From sequence record PP761450.1: a stretch of 64,000 nucleotides of DNA. The stretch is one strand, 5' to 3'. Made by a program: the position numbers and the translations under genes. Under the pieces are notes generated by a model that worked only from the letters and a program-made list of their open reading frames with translations, did not search any database and was not told where the DNA came from. Position 1 is the stretch's first letter; each line of letters starts with the position of its first letter. Shown here piece after piece: positions 46,016 through 56,100 of the stretch. This stretch comes from Escherichia phage LHE287.

Positions 46016-47440
46016 CTAGAATTTCCAATTATTGACTGTTTGGGCTTTCTGCTCATCGCTGGCAGTAGCCCCGGACTTGTTGAGGTCATGTTTGATGTGT
46101 ACGTTTTCGACATATTTGGCCTCAGCCTCGGTCAGGTCCTTCTTAACTTCATTCCAGTCCAGGTCAAACAGGATCTGTTTGTCTTGGTCCATACCAAACA
46201 GGAATGATTTCAGCTTCTGCTTGTTGGCATAACGGTTCTTGAGTATTGAGGCTCGGGCTTTCTTGACCGCCGCCAGTTCGTCAGGAGCATAGAATGCCAT
46301 GATGAAGTCGGCCACCTTCGGAATACCGATAGCATCTGCCAAATCACTGATTCCACCATCAGTGCTATTCTGATTCTCACGATTGAACTGCATACCAGTC
46401 CATACAGGGACATCAAACTCAAATCCCAGCGCACGAAACTCACGAGCCACAGACGTGTAATAGACGTTCGTGTTCTGCATCAGGTGGGCAGGCAGGCGCG
46501 AGGAAGCAGCTTCGCCAAGATAGTCAATAACGATAACATCAGGAGCACGACCAGTTGCCTGGATGTACTCAAGGATATCGCGGCGGAATAAACCTGTGTG
46601 TCCAGTACCAGAAGGATATTCCTTGATGACGATATCACCCTTGGGCGCACCATCTTGGCGACTGCGGAGCTTCTCTATCGTTGCAATATACTCGTGCCTT
46701 GTGAGTTTCTCTAAAGACTCAAAGTCGCGTCGCATGATACGGGCATCAAGACGGTGTCGCCAGACGTTCTCAGCCACTTCAAGGGTGAAGACAAAGACGT
46801 TCAGCCCCTGCTCAGAGTACCCTGCGGTCAGGTCAATCAGCGTTGTGGTCTTACCTGCGTTGATCGCACCTGTTACGATGTTCAGTGTCTTCTTACCAAC
46901 GCCACCACGTGTCGCCTTATTGAAGATCTCAACTGCGAACGGGATCTTGGCCTCGTTGGAGTTCATGTGGTCATACTGCTCTGCCGCCATCTCCCAATAG
47001 ATGTGACCGAGGTATGAATCAAACCGGATCGCCAGGGCTTCCTGCAACATGGTCGGGATGTTGTTCATCTCGTCCTTGCGCTTCTCGTCACCGTAGATGT
47101 TAACGGCGGTCTTGATTGCGTTGTGTACGGCCTTTTGCCGCGCCCAAGCCTCGGTTTCCTTCGCCAGCCACTCTTCATTGAAGGTGTTGTCGTTGATGTT
47201 CTCCAGGGCAGATACCGCCTGGTCAAACACATATTCGTTCAGCTTTGTCCGTTCAAGAATTATAGATAGTGCTTCGACAGACGGGCGGGCATTGTACTCT
47301 GAGGTATAACTGTCAATCAGACCAAAGATGACCTTTTCGCCTTCGTTGTCAAAATAATCGGCTTTCAGGTACGGCAGGATCTTTCTTTGGTAATCTTCAT
47401 TGTAAATCAACTGTGAAAGCACGACAGATTCGAGTAACAT
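46016..47440 (-). CDS. 41: replicative DNA helicase (DnaB-like; T4 gp41-like), 474 aa
   Basis: Walker A GAINAGKTTTL; 474 aa against 475 aa for T4 gp41; uvsX-40-41 synteny. Confidence 0.85.
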   Translation of the reverse strand: MLLESVVLSQLIYNEDYQRKILPYLKADYFDNEGEKVIFGLIDSYTSEYNARPSVEALSIILERTKLNEYVFDQAVSALENINDNTFNEEWLAKETEAWARQKAVHNAIKTAVNIYGDEKRKDEMNNIPTMLQEALAIRFDSYLGHIYWEMAAEQYDHMNSNEAKIPFAVEIFNKATRGGVGKKTLNIVTGAINAGKTTTLIDLTAGYSEQGLNVFVFTLEVAENVWRHRLDARIMRRDFESLEKLTRHEYIATIEKLRSRQDGAPKGDIVIKEYPSGTGHTGLFRRDILEYIQATGRAPDVIVIDYLGEAASSRLPAHLMQNTNVYYTSVAREFRALGFEFDVPVWTGMQFNRENQNSTDGGISDLADAIGIPKVADFIMAFYAPDELAAVKKARASILKNRYANKQKLKSFLFGMDQDKQILFDLDWNEVKKDLTEAEAKYVENVHIKHDLNKSGATASDEQKAQTVNNWKF

Positions 47441-47446
47441 TGGCCA

Positions 47447-47776
47447 CTACCCCACCAAAAATTTATTATATTCCTGAGCATTACGCTGCATGAGGTCTAC
47501 AAGGATATCCCCTGACACCTCAGTGAACAAGTCATTTTCTTTCAAATTCACAAACATCAGACGCAATGGTTTCTTCAATATATCAGTCACGAAAGACAGG
47601 CGGGGTTCGCCGTCCACTTCGTTGATGGCCACCTTGCCGAACCGGAATTGAACACCACGGAATTTGCCAGAAGTGATCTTGATGATCGCCAGCTGATCAG
47701 CACCAGGGTCGATGATTGTGTAGTTATTGGGGGAGTCTCCTCCCCCTCCACTGTTATTCGCTTGTGTTAATAACAT
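47447..47776 (-). CDS. hypothetical protein, in the position of T4 gene 40
   Basis: Short ORF between the uvsX and helicase genes; start uncertain (the track ORF overlaps uvsX by 74 nt). Confidence 0.3.
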   Translation of the reverse strand: MLLTQANNSGGGGDSPNNYTIIDPGADQLAIIKITSGKFRGVQFRFGKVAINEVDGEPRLSFVTDILKKPLRLMFVNLKENDLFTEVSGDILVDLMQRNAQEYNKFLVG

Positions 47777-48839
47777 GGTCCATTTGCTCCAGCATGTTAG
47801 CAGGCATAACAGTACCGTTAGAAACACCGAACATTTTCTTCACGTCATCGGCGAAGTTGACATTCTCCAGCAGCGGATACCAGAAATCATCATCCATCTG
47901 ACGCTTCTGATATTTCTTTTCCTTCTCAGGATCGAAACCACCCTTGGCTGTACGCACATACCAACCGGAAGACGGCATATCAACATAACCCAGAGCACGA
48001 GCGATCTCAAGCAGGCCGCTCCAGCGATCAATACCACCGTTGTACAGTACCGTCACAGGGAGCTTGGCTTTCTCTTTGACATGGCGACCTTTCATGATGC
48101 TTATGTTGAAGTTCCAACCCAGCAGATCTTTGTCTTCCTTCACCTGAGAACGGGTGATAAACCAGATCAAGTTGGATGATAAGAAGCCCTGCTTGCCGCC
48201 TTTGATGTTGGGCTCGGCATACTGGTTGCCGATCTCATCGTAATAGGAGTTGATCCAAACACACACGAGATTTTTGCTGTTGATTTCGGGAGTCATGACA
48301 CGCCAGAAGCTGTTAAGGGCACGGGCGCGGGTCATGTCTTGAGTGTCGTTCCCTTTGATCGCATCTTCAACTTCCTTGGTGGAGGGAAGTTGGCTGATAG
48401 AGTCGATGAAGATTATAACATGGTCGCCTTTCTTGACTTCCTGTAGGATCTGCAGCAAGCGGATCTTGGTCTGTTCAACGTTGTCGATCGGTACGTACAG
48501 GACGCGGTCCATGTCAATGCCCATAGAGGTCCAGTAATCGGCGTTGGCACCCTTTTCTGAGTCCGCAAAGACGCAGATAGCATCAGGGAACTTGTCCATG
48601 TACGCCTTGACGTCTACCAGACCGAACATCGTTTTGAAGGTACGGGAATCACCCACCATCATCTTGATACCGGAGATCAGACCGCCGTCAATACGCCCAG
48701 ACCATGCGATATCGATCAGGGGAATACCAGTAGAACAGATGATAGACGGTTCCAGAGCGTCGGATTTGGACAGCACTGAAGCCTGGTCATCGTGTTTCTT
48801 AGCAACCTTCAGCATGCGGTCCATTAATGAACTGGCCAT
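47754..48839 (-). CDS. uvsX: UvsX recombinase (RecA-like)
   Basis: RecA-type N-terminal ICSTGIPLID region, core ATPase; position upstream of the helicase as in T4. Confidence 0.75.
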   Translation of the reverse strand: MASSLMDRMLKVAKKHDDQASVLSKSDALEPSIICSTGIPLIDIAWSGRIDGGLISGIKMMVGDSRTFKTMFGLVDVKAYMDKFPDAICVFADSEKGANADYWTSMGIDMDRVLYVPIDNVEQTKIRLLQILQEVKKGDHVIIFIDSISQLPSTKEVEDAIKGNDTQDMTRARALNSFWRVMTPEINSKNLVCVWINSYYDEIGNQYAEPNIKGGKQGFLSSNLIWFITRSQVKEDKDLLGWNFNISIMKGRHVKEKAKLPVTVLYNGGIDRWSGLLEIARALGYVDMPSSGWYVRTAKGGFDPEKEKKYQKRQMDDDFWYPLLENVNFADDVKKMFGVSNGTVMPANMLEQMDHVINTSE

Positions 48840-49366
48840 TTCACTTCCTCTTTATTGTTGATCGTCGTTAATAATTCTACACCCATAACCTTCTGGGACA
48901 AAATGTTAACCGCCTCTTGGATGCTCTTCAGGGACATTGTCTCAACAAGTGACGATGCGTCATTATGCCGGTCGGTTAGGTACATATTGCGCAGATTGTT
49001 GTAGTTCGTGCGGTTGATGCACGCAGTGTTCAGTGCTATATTCAGGATATACATCATCTGTTCAATGGTTACATCCTTTGGCATAGCGTGGATGTAATAG
49101 ATCGAGCCTTCAAAATAGACGTCTACCAGTTCATCTGGTATCTTGATGCCACCACCGGCATACTCTTCGATCATCCTGAACAGAGACTCTGGTTGCTCGC
49201 TGGCGATCTTATGCGTAACAGTCGCCGAAAGACCGTCGCCCGGTTTAACAGGCCTGGTGTATTCGGTAAAGAATACATTATGACCGCCGCCGATGATGTG
49301 CTCGGCGAAATTAGCGGATGCGTTCGCCGCGTTGTCTGCATGATATGAAACGACGACTGTAAACAT
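48824..49366 (-). CDS. hypothetical protein (180 aa)
   Basis: Translationally coupled within the nucleotide-metabolism operon; no motif recognised. Confidence 0.45.
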   Translation of the reverse strand: MFTVVVSYHADNAANASANFAEHIIGGGHNVFFTEYTRPVKPGDGLSATVTHKIASEQPESLFRMIEEYAGGGIKIPDELVDVYFEGSIYYIHAMPKDVTIEQMMYILNIALNTACINRTNYNNLRNMYLTDRHNDASSLVETMSLKSIQEAVNILSQKVMGVELLTTINNKEEVKWPVH

Positions 49367-49920
49367 TAGAACTCCAGGGTCAGAGGGGTTTCTGCGGACT
49401 TATCGTAACCCGCACCGCCAGCAGCACGCAGACGGTTGCGATCGTTCTTGCGTTTGTGTGCCAGTATGTAAGTCTCAATGTCGATCTCCATATAAGAACA
49501 CGCAGACGACAGGAAGAACATGAGAGTCTCAACGCAAGGATCGTTCATGAATTGCCCAAGGCGGTACGTAACATTGCGATGCCCTACAACACCCAAAGCA
49601 GATGGGGTGAATTCGCGATTACTAAGGACTTCAAATTCTTCTTCGATCTCACCTTTGGTGCGGTCCACAAGGATGAAGCACAACATGAAGTGTACCACGT
49701 CTACCAGTTCATAAACTGCGTTCGTATGGTCAAACCCGATGTCGTTGCCATAGACCTTCCAGTCACGGGTGGTTTCATCAAGGAACTCTGCCCACTCACG
49801 ATAGATAGAGTTGATGACTGCGTTCTGACTCCATACATTCTTCCACTCTTCCCCAAAGTAGGCCACGTTAGTGGCCTTTTGGAGTTCGAGCAGGCTTTTG
49901 ATATGCCCTGCTGTGATCAT
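49366..49920 (-). CDS. all-alpha NTP pyrophosphohydrolase (MazG / dimeric dUTPase-like; T4 gp56-like dNTPase)
   Basis: Acidic helix pattern NAVYELVDVVHFML ... EIEEEFE; placed between the dNMP kinase and recombination genes. Confidence 0.4.
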   Translation of the reverse strand: MITAGHIKSLLELQKATNVAYFGEEWKNVWSQNAVINSIYREWAEFLDETTRDWKVYGNDIGFDHTNAVYELVDVVHFMLCFILVDRTKGEIEEEFEVLSNREFTPSALGVVGHRNVTYRLGQFMNDPCVETLMFFLSSACSYMEIDIETYILAHKRKNDRNRLRAAGGAGYDKSAETPLTLEF

Positions 49921-50486
49921 TTACGTTCTCCGTAGAATTTAACGAACGGTGCCCAACCATCAAATGGATTGAGGAATTCGTAGTCCACTTTCATTTGGTC
50001 AATGAAAGCCTCTATATCGTCCTCTATGATACCAGCACGGTCGGCCTTTGAAATACGGGTGATAGGACATTTCGTACTCAGCGCCCATTCATATTCCTGA
50101 GGGGTACGCAGATCGCTCACGATATAATGGACGTGGGGGTTCTGCTCTACCAGAGGAAGCTGGAAGCGCTTGAAGAATGCCAGGAACAGATCGGGTTGTA
50201 CGTAACGCAAGCCCGTATCGCTGCCTAGATGAAGCCAGATCTGCCGTGGAGTTAAGCCCTTGGGGTTATCAGGGTGCACGTAAGGAACGTCCTTCACGGC
50301 ATCCTCTACCTCCGCTGGCAGCCATGGATAGATGTAGTTGGCCACACGGCGCAGTTCATCTGAGAACGAAAGGCGCTGGATGTCCATATCACCCTGTAGT
50401 TGGTGATAGCTGATGAGGGACTCCAAACAGAAGTCCTTACCGGAGCGCTTGCGCCCCGTAAAGAATTCAAGATTTGGATACATCAT
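49917..50486 (-). CDS. 1: deoxynucleoside monophosphate kinase (T4 gene 1-like)
   Basis: P-loop GRKRSGKD matches the T4 dNMP kinase GxKRSGKD signature; overlaps ThyA-like gene by ATGA. Confidence 0.65.
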   Translation of the reverse strand: MMYPNLEFFTGRKRSGKDFCLESLISYHQLQGDMDIQRLSFSDELRRVANYIYPWLPAEVEDAVKDVPYVHPDNPKGLTPRQIWLHLGSDTGLRYVQPDLFLAFFKRFQLPLVEQNPHVHYIVSDLRTPQEYEWALSTKCPITRISKADRAGIIEDDIEAFIDQMKVDYEFLNPFDGWAPFVKFYGERK

Positions 50487-51529
50487 ACTACACCTTCCAG
50501 GAACTTAGGATCAATGATCTTGCGGTCAACCGGGGAATGGGTGAGCGCGATGTTCAAGCCATGATCCTGAATCAGGTCCAGGTTAATGAGCTTTTCGTTC
50601 AGTTTGCAGTGCAGACAGTACGCCATCTGTACAATCAGGCCACGATCAGCATCATATTCCTTCAGGTGGGCGACCACAGTTTCCCACGGGCTGCCGATAT
50701 CACAGTGATGAAGCACACCAGTGAACAGATTGCGGATATGGTTCTGGTTGGTCACGTTCGTGAAGTGAATCATGGAGTTGATGAACCCAGCTTCTACTTT
50801 GGTGTCCTTCGTGATCTTGCCAAGCTGCTTCTGGCTGACTTCATTGTTGTAGTAATGAAGATTGTTAGAGAATAGCTTGTACTGACCGACATCAACATCT
50901 AACACCTGAGCAATCACTTCCTGAAGAATAGAGAACTCAATGAAGTTGATTGAACTCATCCCCCACAGAACATCCTGTGAGCGGTTGATGACCGTCAGGT
51001 TCAGACGACCTTCAACGATGGAGAACAACAGAGCCAGATTACACACCATGTCCTTGGTCTTCGCTTCGCCGCTCTCGCTGAACTTCGCCAGACCAGCATC
51101 CGAATCTAGAGCCGGGTCATAGATGGTGAGGTACGCCTGGCGAGTGTTTGGGTTCTTGCGCAGGCGGTTGATAACGCTATCCAGCTGGCCATGGGCGTAC
51201 AGACGCGGACCATAAGCAGCTCGCCATGTTACCCCATCATCCGAAAAGTTAGCAGCGCGAGGCAATACGCGTGACAGGAACTTTATGTCGTTGCGACCTG
51301 ACAACACCCAGAAGGTCTCGCCGATGGCAGCGATAGCCGATGAGTTGCGACCTTCAACGGAGAGCCAGCGGTCACGGATGTCGGCGACGGTTATGGTCAC
51401 GCCATCAAGGAAGCGGGTGCTATCAGTATTGATTTCAGCATTACCAGGATCAGATTCGATCCCGAATTCACGGATAGCCAAGACAGCCTGCTTCAGCATG
51501 TCATTGTTGTTAATTGCTTTGATTTCCAT
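50483..51529 (-). CDS. thymidylate-synthase-family enzyme; candidate dUMP hydroxymethylase
   Basis: ThyA-fold motifs RQAYLTIYDP, Cys in KDMVCNLALLF, and NRSQDVLWGMSSINFIEFSIL (RSxD ... NI/F region; Asn suggests a dUMP substrate); the hydroxymethylase role is inferred from context. Confidence 0.6.
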   Translation of the reverse strand: MEIKAINNNDMLKQAVLAIREFGIESDPGNAEINTDSTRFLDGVTITVADIRDRWLSVEGRNSSAIAAIGETFWVLSGRNDIKFLSRVLPRAANFSDDGVTWRAAYGPRLYAHGQLDSVINRLRKNPNTRQAYLTIYDPALDSDAGLAKFSESGEAKTKDMVCNLALLFSIVEGRLNLTVINRSQDVLWGMSSINFIEFSILQEVIAQVLDVDVGQYKLFSNNLHYYNNEVSQKQLGKITKDTKVEAGFINSMIHFTNVTNQNHIRNLFTGVLHHCDIGSPWETVVAHLKEYDADRGLIVQMAYCLHCKLNEKLINLDLIQDHGLNIALTHSPVDRKIIDPKFLEGVV

Positions 51530-52188
51530 CAGATACTCCCAAAATCACGACAGAGGAATGCCATCACAGCCTGGTCTACTGTTAGGCCGTGAGACTTCAT
51601 CATACCCGCAGCCACCGTAGGGAACAAGTCTTTATGTCGTTGACGATGGTCATGAACTCTCTCCCACTTCTCGACCACCAGACTTTCATTGAAGTCCACA
51701 CCACCGTTACGTGATTTAACGCGGGAGATACACGTTTCAAGGGGAGTGTCCATAAAGAGCACAACCAATTCACGTGGTGGGCGTGTCAGGCGGGGGATCC
51801 AAGAACTCAATAATGTGGATGGAATGATACCTTCGAAAATCACATCATATTTCAAGTATTCTGGTTGGTCAGCAATAGACAACGCGAACAACATCTGCTC
51901 AGTGTCCTTCAGGGAATCAACCCCCTTGGACTTCGACTTGTCATATTTACCGATACAGACCACGTTGAACGAAGGACAGACAGTCAGCATGACCTTGCCG
52001 TTATGGGTCACGACATACGCCTGAGGATCCCTCTCCGCCAGCTGAGACGGCACAGTGGATTTACCGCTACCATTGGAGCCTTTGACGTAGTAGATTTGCC
52101 CTCGTGCTGGGTAGATCCCCTTTACGACGGGTGGTTTAAAGAATGTGTGGACGGGGCGCTTCATCAGCCCCTTCAGGGAGTAGGACAT
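51529..52188 (-). CDS. P-loop kinase, paralog of 10120..11037
   Basis: Walker A GSNGSGKST, Walker-B-like DVIFEGIIP; same motif order as the other P-loop kinase; first gene of the coupled operon. Confidence 0.5.
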   Translation of the reverse strand: MSYSLKGLMKRPVHTFFKPPVVKGIYPARGQIYYVKGSNGSGKSTVPSQLAERDPQAYVVTHNGKVMLTVCPSFNVVCIGKYDKSKSKGVDSLKDTEQMLFALSIADQPEYLKYDVIFEGIIPSTLLSSWIPRLTRPPRELVVLFMDTPLETCISRVKSRNGGVDFNESLVVEKWERVHDHRQRHKDLFPTVAAGMMKSHGLTVDQAVMAFLCRDFGSI

Positions 52189-52263
52189 AAACTGCTCCGA
52201 TAAACAAAAGGAGCTGCTATTATAGCAGCCCCTTCATCTTTTGAACAGTTTCTGAACTTAAAT

Positions 52264-53100
52264 TTACACAGCTTTCGCTTCAGCCAGAGCCTGTGGAAGC
52301 CATTCATTGATCGCCTTAACCAGAGACTCAGCATCAGACTCTTTGATCTTCTGACGTTTGGTGAAGGACTTGCCGTTCACGTACAGGCTGAAGCCCCAGC
52401 CACCGGAAACGATAGGCGCAACGTCGACATACGTATTGGTGCGGGCGTGAAGGTTTTCAGGGTTAGCCAGTTCGGTGACCGGGAACTGGAACCAACGCAT
52501 GTCTGGGTTCACGTAGCTCAGGAACACGCCGGGAACAACACCAGCTTCAATCGCCGCCAAGACCGGACCGTGATCAGAAGCGCGAGCCAAGTCAACCATT
52601 TCCTCACGTTTGGTGTGACGGCGTTTACGCTCTACCAGCGCCGCCTGCGGAGTCAGGGTCTTACCCTTCGATGCTTCTTTCAACATAGAAGACGCCAAGG
52701 AACCGATTTTCGCGTCGGACGGCTGATTACCTTCTTCCAGCGCCGCGTTGACTGCATCTTCAACCGCGTCTACCGGGGCGTCGGACACTGGGGCTTCACA
52801 TGCATCGGCAGAGATCGGTGCTTCAGCATCAATGGTTTCAGCGACTTTCAGGGATACTTCAGCTTGGGCTTGCTCTTGGGCTTGCGCCAGAGCCTGCTGA
52901 GTTTCTTCCTTCTCTTCGGCGCTCAGACCTTCAATCAGTTCGAAGCCGTTGGCAGCCTGAAGAACACCTTCAACCATACGGCGCAGGGTAACGTTTCCGA
53001 TGATCAGACCTGCTTCTTTGATTTCAGCCTGGATAGCCGCAACGTCTTTGCCTTCAATTTCAATTTTGGTTCCAGAATCCACATGAAGAATATATGACAT
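52264..53100 (-). CDS. hypothetical protein with acidic low-complexity centre (278 aa)
   Basis: ATG-initiated ORF; central Ala/Glu/Gln-rich region. Confidence 0.45.
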   Translation of the reverse strand: MSYILHVDSGTKIEIEGKDVAAIQAEIKEAGLIIGNVTLRRMVEGVLQAANGFELIEGLSAEEKEETQQALAQAQEQAQAEVSLKVAETIDAEAPISADACEAPVSDAPVDAVEDAVNAALEEGNQPSDAKIGSLASSMLKEASKGKTLTPQAALVERKRRHTKREEMVDLARASDHGPVLAAIEAGVVPGVFLSYVNPDMRWFQFPVTELANPENLHARTNTYVDVAPIVSGGWGFSLYVNGKSFTKRQKIKESDAESLVKAINEWLPQALAEAKAV

Positions 53101-53170
53101 AATAAAAACCCTTTCGTTATTAAGACCGTATCCGCGGCATATTGTTGTTCTGACTGTGTAGTGAGAACAT

Positions 53171-53198
53171 AATATACTGCATTTTCATAGATGTAAAC
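53171..53198 (-). promoter_or_regulatory. T4-early-type promoter GTTTAC-16-TATATT
   Basis: Minus strand reads TTCAATAAAAAGTA-GTTTAC-atctatgaaaatgcag-TATATT upstream of gene 52264..53100. Confidence 0.4.
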
Positions 53199-53289
53199 TA
53201 CTTTTTATTGAAAAGAAAGTTAACACCTAAGTGTTATAAGGTGCGCGACCAAGCGGAGCGCGAACTTGCGTGAATATTAACTTTCTACG

Positions 53290-53571
53290 TCAATATAGAA
53301 AAACCATTTCCGGCGGCCAACAATTTGTTAGCTCGACTTTTGCGAACCGTGGTTGGCAGTACGCATCAACCGACTCATCAAACAGACAGTGTTCTACATT
53401 TGCAATCATCAGATCATCATCCACAACTTCAACAGAATGGACAATGATCTTGTGGTCATACGTCAGGCAACCGTCTAAATGCATGTTGTCGGCGCGGAGG
53501 TGTTGCATGATGAAATACTCTATGATCGACTCAAGGACAGTCGTCAGCTTCAGATAACGTTTCATACACAC
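53290..53571 (-). CDS. hypothetical protein (93 aa)
   Basis: ATG-initiated ORF. Confidence 0.4.
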   Translation of the reverse strand: MCMKRYLKLTTVLESIIEYFIMQHLRADNMHLDGCLTYDHKIIVHSVEVVDDDLMIANVEHCLFDESVDAYCQPRFAKVELTNCWPPEMVFLY

Positions 53572-53585
53572 CTCTCACAGTGGAG

Positions 53586-54335
53586 TTATTTGGACAAGTA
53601 GAAGTTTGGAACTTCAGGGAAATACTCTGGTGGATATTCCCCTAGAACATCCTGTTTCACCTTCCCTTCGATATCTTCGCGGATACGACGAATCACGTCT
53701 TCCTGTTGTTCTGCTGCCATCACTTCTTCCATGGCTGAGTACAAGTTTTCTAGAATGACACCTACGTAGTTGTGGATGGCACGACAGGAGTTCTGATCAT
53801 ACTCCATATCCGGATGAATCGCCAGGTCGACCTGATCACGCCCTACCAGCAGATGTCCGGACACCAGATTTATCGGGTATTTGAATACTTCACTAGATTT
53901 GACAGCAACTCCGTCGGCTTGCTTCAGCAGAAATTCGGTTTCAGAGAAGCGTTCAAGCAGTTCCGATGGGAATACCATATCGAGATTCTGACGCTTGCGA
54001 CCAAAGAAGTATAGACAATGCGCCAGTTTCAGGCATGCATCGGTGGCCATCTTCATGTGTGCTTTAGCGTGTTCATAACCAGCGATCACATCACGGACAT
54101 AATCGTACAGGTCGGAATGACCAAAACGGATGTCCTCTTCGAAGCGGATTGCTGTTTCACTGTCCGGTTTCACACCCAGAACATCGAAAATATTTTGTTC
54201 ACGAACGGATCTGCCGTTTCGATCGAAACCCAAAACACAACCGACTTCGAATCCACTCTTTTCAAAATTTGGGAGTTTCATATCAAGGCGAGCTGGGGTA
54301 AACTCTAACCCGAACATACGATAAATTTGTGACAT
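53586..54335 (-). CDS. hypothetical protein (249 aa)
   Basis: ATG-initiated ORF. Confidence 0.5.
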   Translation of the reverse strand: MSQIYRMFGLEFTPARLDMKLPNFEKSGFEVGCVLGFDRNGRSVREQNIFDVLGVKPDSETAIRFEEDIRFGHSDLYDYVRDVIAGYEHAKAHMKMATDACLKLAHCLYFFGRKRQNLDMVFPSELLERFSETEFLLKQADGVAVKSSEVFKYPINLVSGHLLVGRDQVDLAIHPDMEYDQNSCRAIHNYVGVILENLYSAMEEVMAAEQQEDVIRRIREDIEGKVKQDVLGEYPPEYFPEVPNFYLSK

Positions 54336-54397
54336 GTTATAGCCTCATCATTTAGGATTACCTGTTTACGAATTATCCCTCGGAACGGGTTATAGAA

Positions 54398-55102
54398 CTA
54401 TTTCTTCTTATGCATACGACGTGCATCTTTCCACACAGACATCTGGCTCTGTTTCTGGAAGCGGGCAGTGCGCATGAAGAGAACGATCTCCCAGTACTGT
54501 GGCTCAATCTCGTAAAGCTGTGAACGGAACTGATCGGCGCGGTACAGCTTCACACAGTGATTGTACAGCGGATGGTTGGCGAAGCGCTTCAGGGCTTCCC
54601 AGGTGAGCTTCAGACGCGTCTTTGAGCGGTATGCCCGTTCGTTACGCAACTTGATCAGATCCTCAAACACCAACAGCCTGAGCTTCGGTGGCAGGTAGTG
54701 CATGTTGAGTCCCCAGAGGTATGTCACACCCTTCTCTCCAAAGGTGATACCATCACCCTTGACAAAGTTGAAGAAGAACACCAGAGGGTACATATCCCAG
54801 TAGGGTAGTTCATTCTTCGTCAGAGCATCATATTTGAAATAGAACATACGCCCGACTATATACCGCACACCTTGTACCGGACGTTTGTGATCAGCAAACG
54901 CCTGTTTCATATGGTTGGGACTCAGGTTGGCGTCCTTAGACACACGCTCCATGAACCACACATGCGAACGGCGGATGTTACGCTTCGCCTCTGGACCGAA
55001 GTGTTGACGGTACTTGCGGATGTAACGCTTGACCAGCTCGGGGGCGTCCATCTCGGCCGGAAACAGCAACGGATCTTCTTCGCCAGCTGCATTCTTTGCC
55101 AT
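54398..55102 (-). CDS. hypothetical protein (234 aa)
   Basis: ATG-initiated ORF; basic termini. Confidence 0.5.
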   Translation of the reverse strand: MAKNAAGEEDPLLFPAEMDAPELVKRYIRKYRQHFGPEAKRNIRRSHVWFMERVSKDANLSPNHMKQAFADHKRPVQGVRYIVGRMFYFKYDALTKNELPYWDMYPLVFFFNFVKGDGITFGEKGVTYLWGLNMHYLPPKLRLLVFEDLIKLRNERAYRSKTRLKLTWEALKRFANHPLYNHCVKLYRADQFRSQLYEIEPQYWEIVLFMRTARFQKQSQMSVWKDARRMHKKK

Positions 55103-55123
55103 TTGTCAACTCCTATAAATAAT

Positions 55124-55131
55124 AACAGTTA
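55124..55131 (+). promoter_or_regulatory. T4-type late promoter TATAAATA
   Basis: Exact TATAAATA about 25 nt upstream of the GTG start of 55156..56100, in a divergent intergenic region. Confidence 0.5.
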
Positions 55132-55155
55132 TTTTATTTAAGTGGAGTCCTCACC

Positions 55156-56100
55156 GTGGAAGACTATCGCAATTTTATCACACAGATATTACAGCGGGGC
55201 TTGTCGCGCAAGAACCGCTTCAGAGTGACCATCCCTCTACCACCAGGGATCTTTGACTCCAACGCCACTCTGGCTAATGACGGAAAGGCGTACAGAACCA
55301 ATTCATCTTTTGGTGACTTGTTTAAGCAGTCAGCCCGTATTGTAAACGCTTTCTTTGGAGGGACAAACCAGACGTCCCGTTCCCTTCAGATGATGTGTAT
55401 GGTTGCCTCATTGCCAGGGGTTGGTATTGACACCACTCCAATGACAAACAACGGTAATCACATCAAGATGCCGAACAACAAGTCCAACGTCGACCTCGAC
55501 TTGTCATTCTTATTAGCCAATGACTATTATGAGAAGTCTGTGATGGACAAGTGGAAGAGTCTGATCTTTGATCCACACACCACCAAAATGGGATATTACG
55601 AAGACTTCGTGACTGACATATGCATTGAACAGCTTGACACCGAAGATCAAGTGGTCCATCGCGTCTACATCGTCGAGGCTCACCCAATAAATTTCAGTTC
55701 TATTGAGCTGGATAAAGGCGCCACAGACCAGTTCAACCAGTACAACATTTCTTTCTCTTACAACAAAGTGCTTTCGGAGACAGAATATGAAACACGCAGC
55801 CTTTCCAGCGATTTTCTTCCTCTCGGCATTGCTGACGCTCTTACCAGTGGTGACTGGGAAACTGCGGCCTCAAAAGCTGGACAGCTTTATCGCAAGGTGA
55901 AAGAAGGGAACTTCACAGGAGAGGCTCTCCTGGCTTACAAACAGCTTGACCAACTTGTAAACAACCTGGCTGGGATAAGCATACAGGACTTCGAGCGCAT
56001 CTCGGTAGGTATCTCTCGTGACATCATGGGTAACGATAACCTGACGGCGGCGGAGAAGACAAGCCTGTTGGGAATATTGCAAGACGTGATGGGAAAATAA
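55156..56100 (+). CDS. hypothetical late protein, probable virion or morphogenesis component (314 aa)
   Basis: GTG start with GGAG RBS downstream of the late promoter. Confidence 0.45.
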   Translation: MEDYRNFITQILQRGLSRKNRFRVTIPLPPGIFDSNATLANDGKAYRTNSSFGDLFKQSARIVNAFFGGTNQTSRSLQMMCMVASLPGVGIDTTPMTNNGNHIKMPNNKSNVDLDLSFLLANDYYEKSVMDKWKSLIFDPHTTKMGYYEDFVTDICIEQLDTEDQVVHRVYIVEAHPINFSSIELDKGATDQFNQYNISFSYNKVLSETEYETRSLSSDFLPLGIADALTSGDWETAASKAGQLYRKVKEGNFTGEALLAYKQLDQLVNNLAGISIQDFERISVGISRDIMGNDNLTAAEKTSLLGILQDVMGK

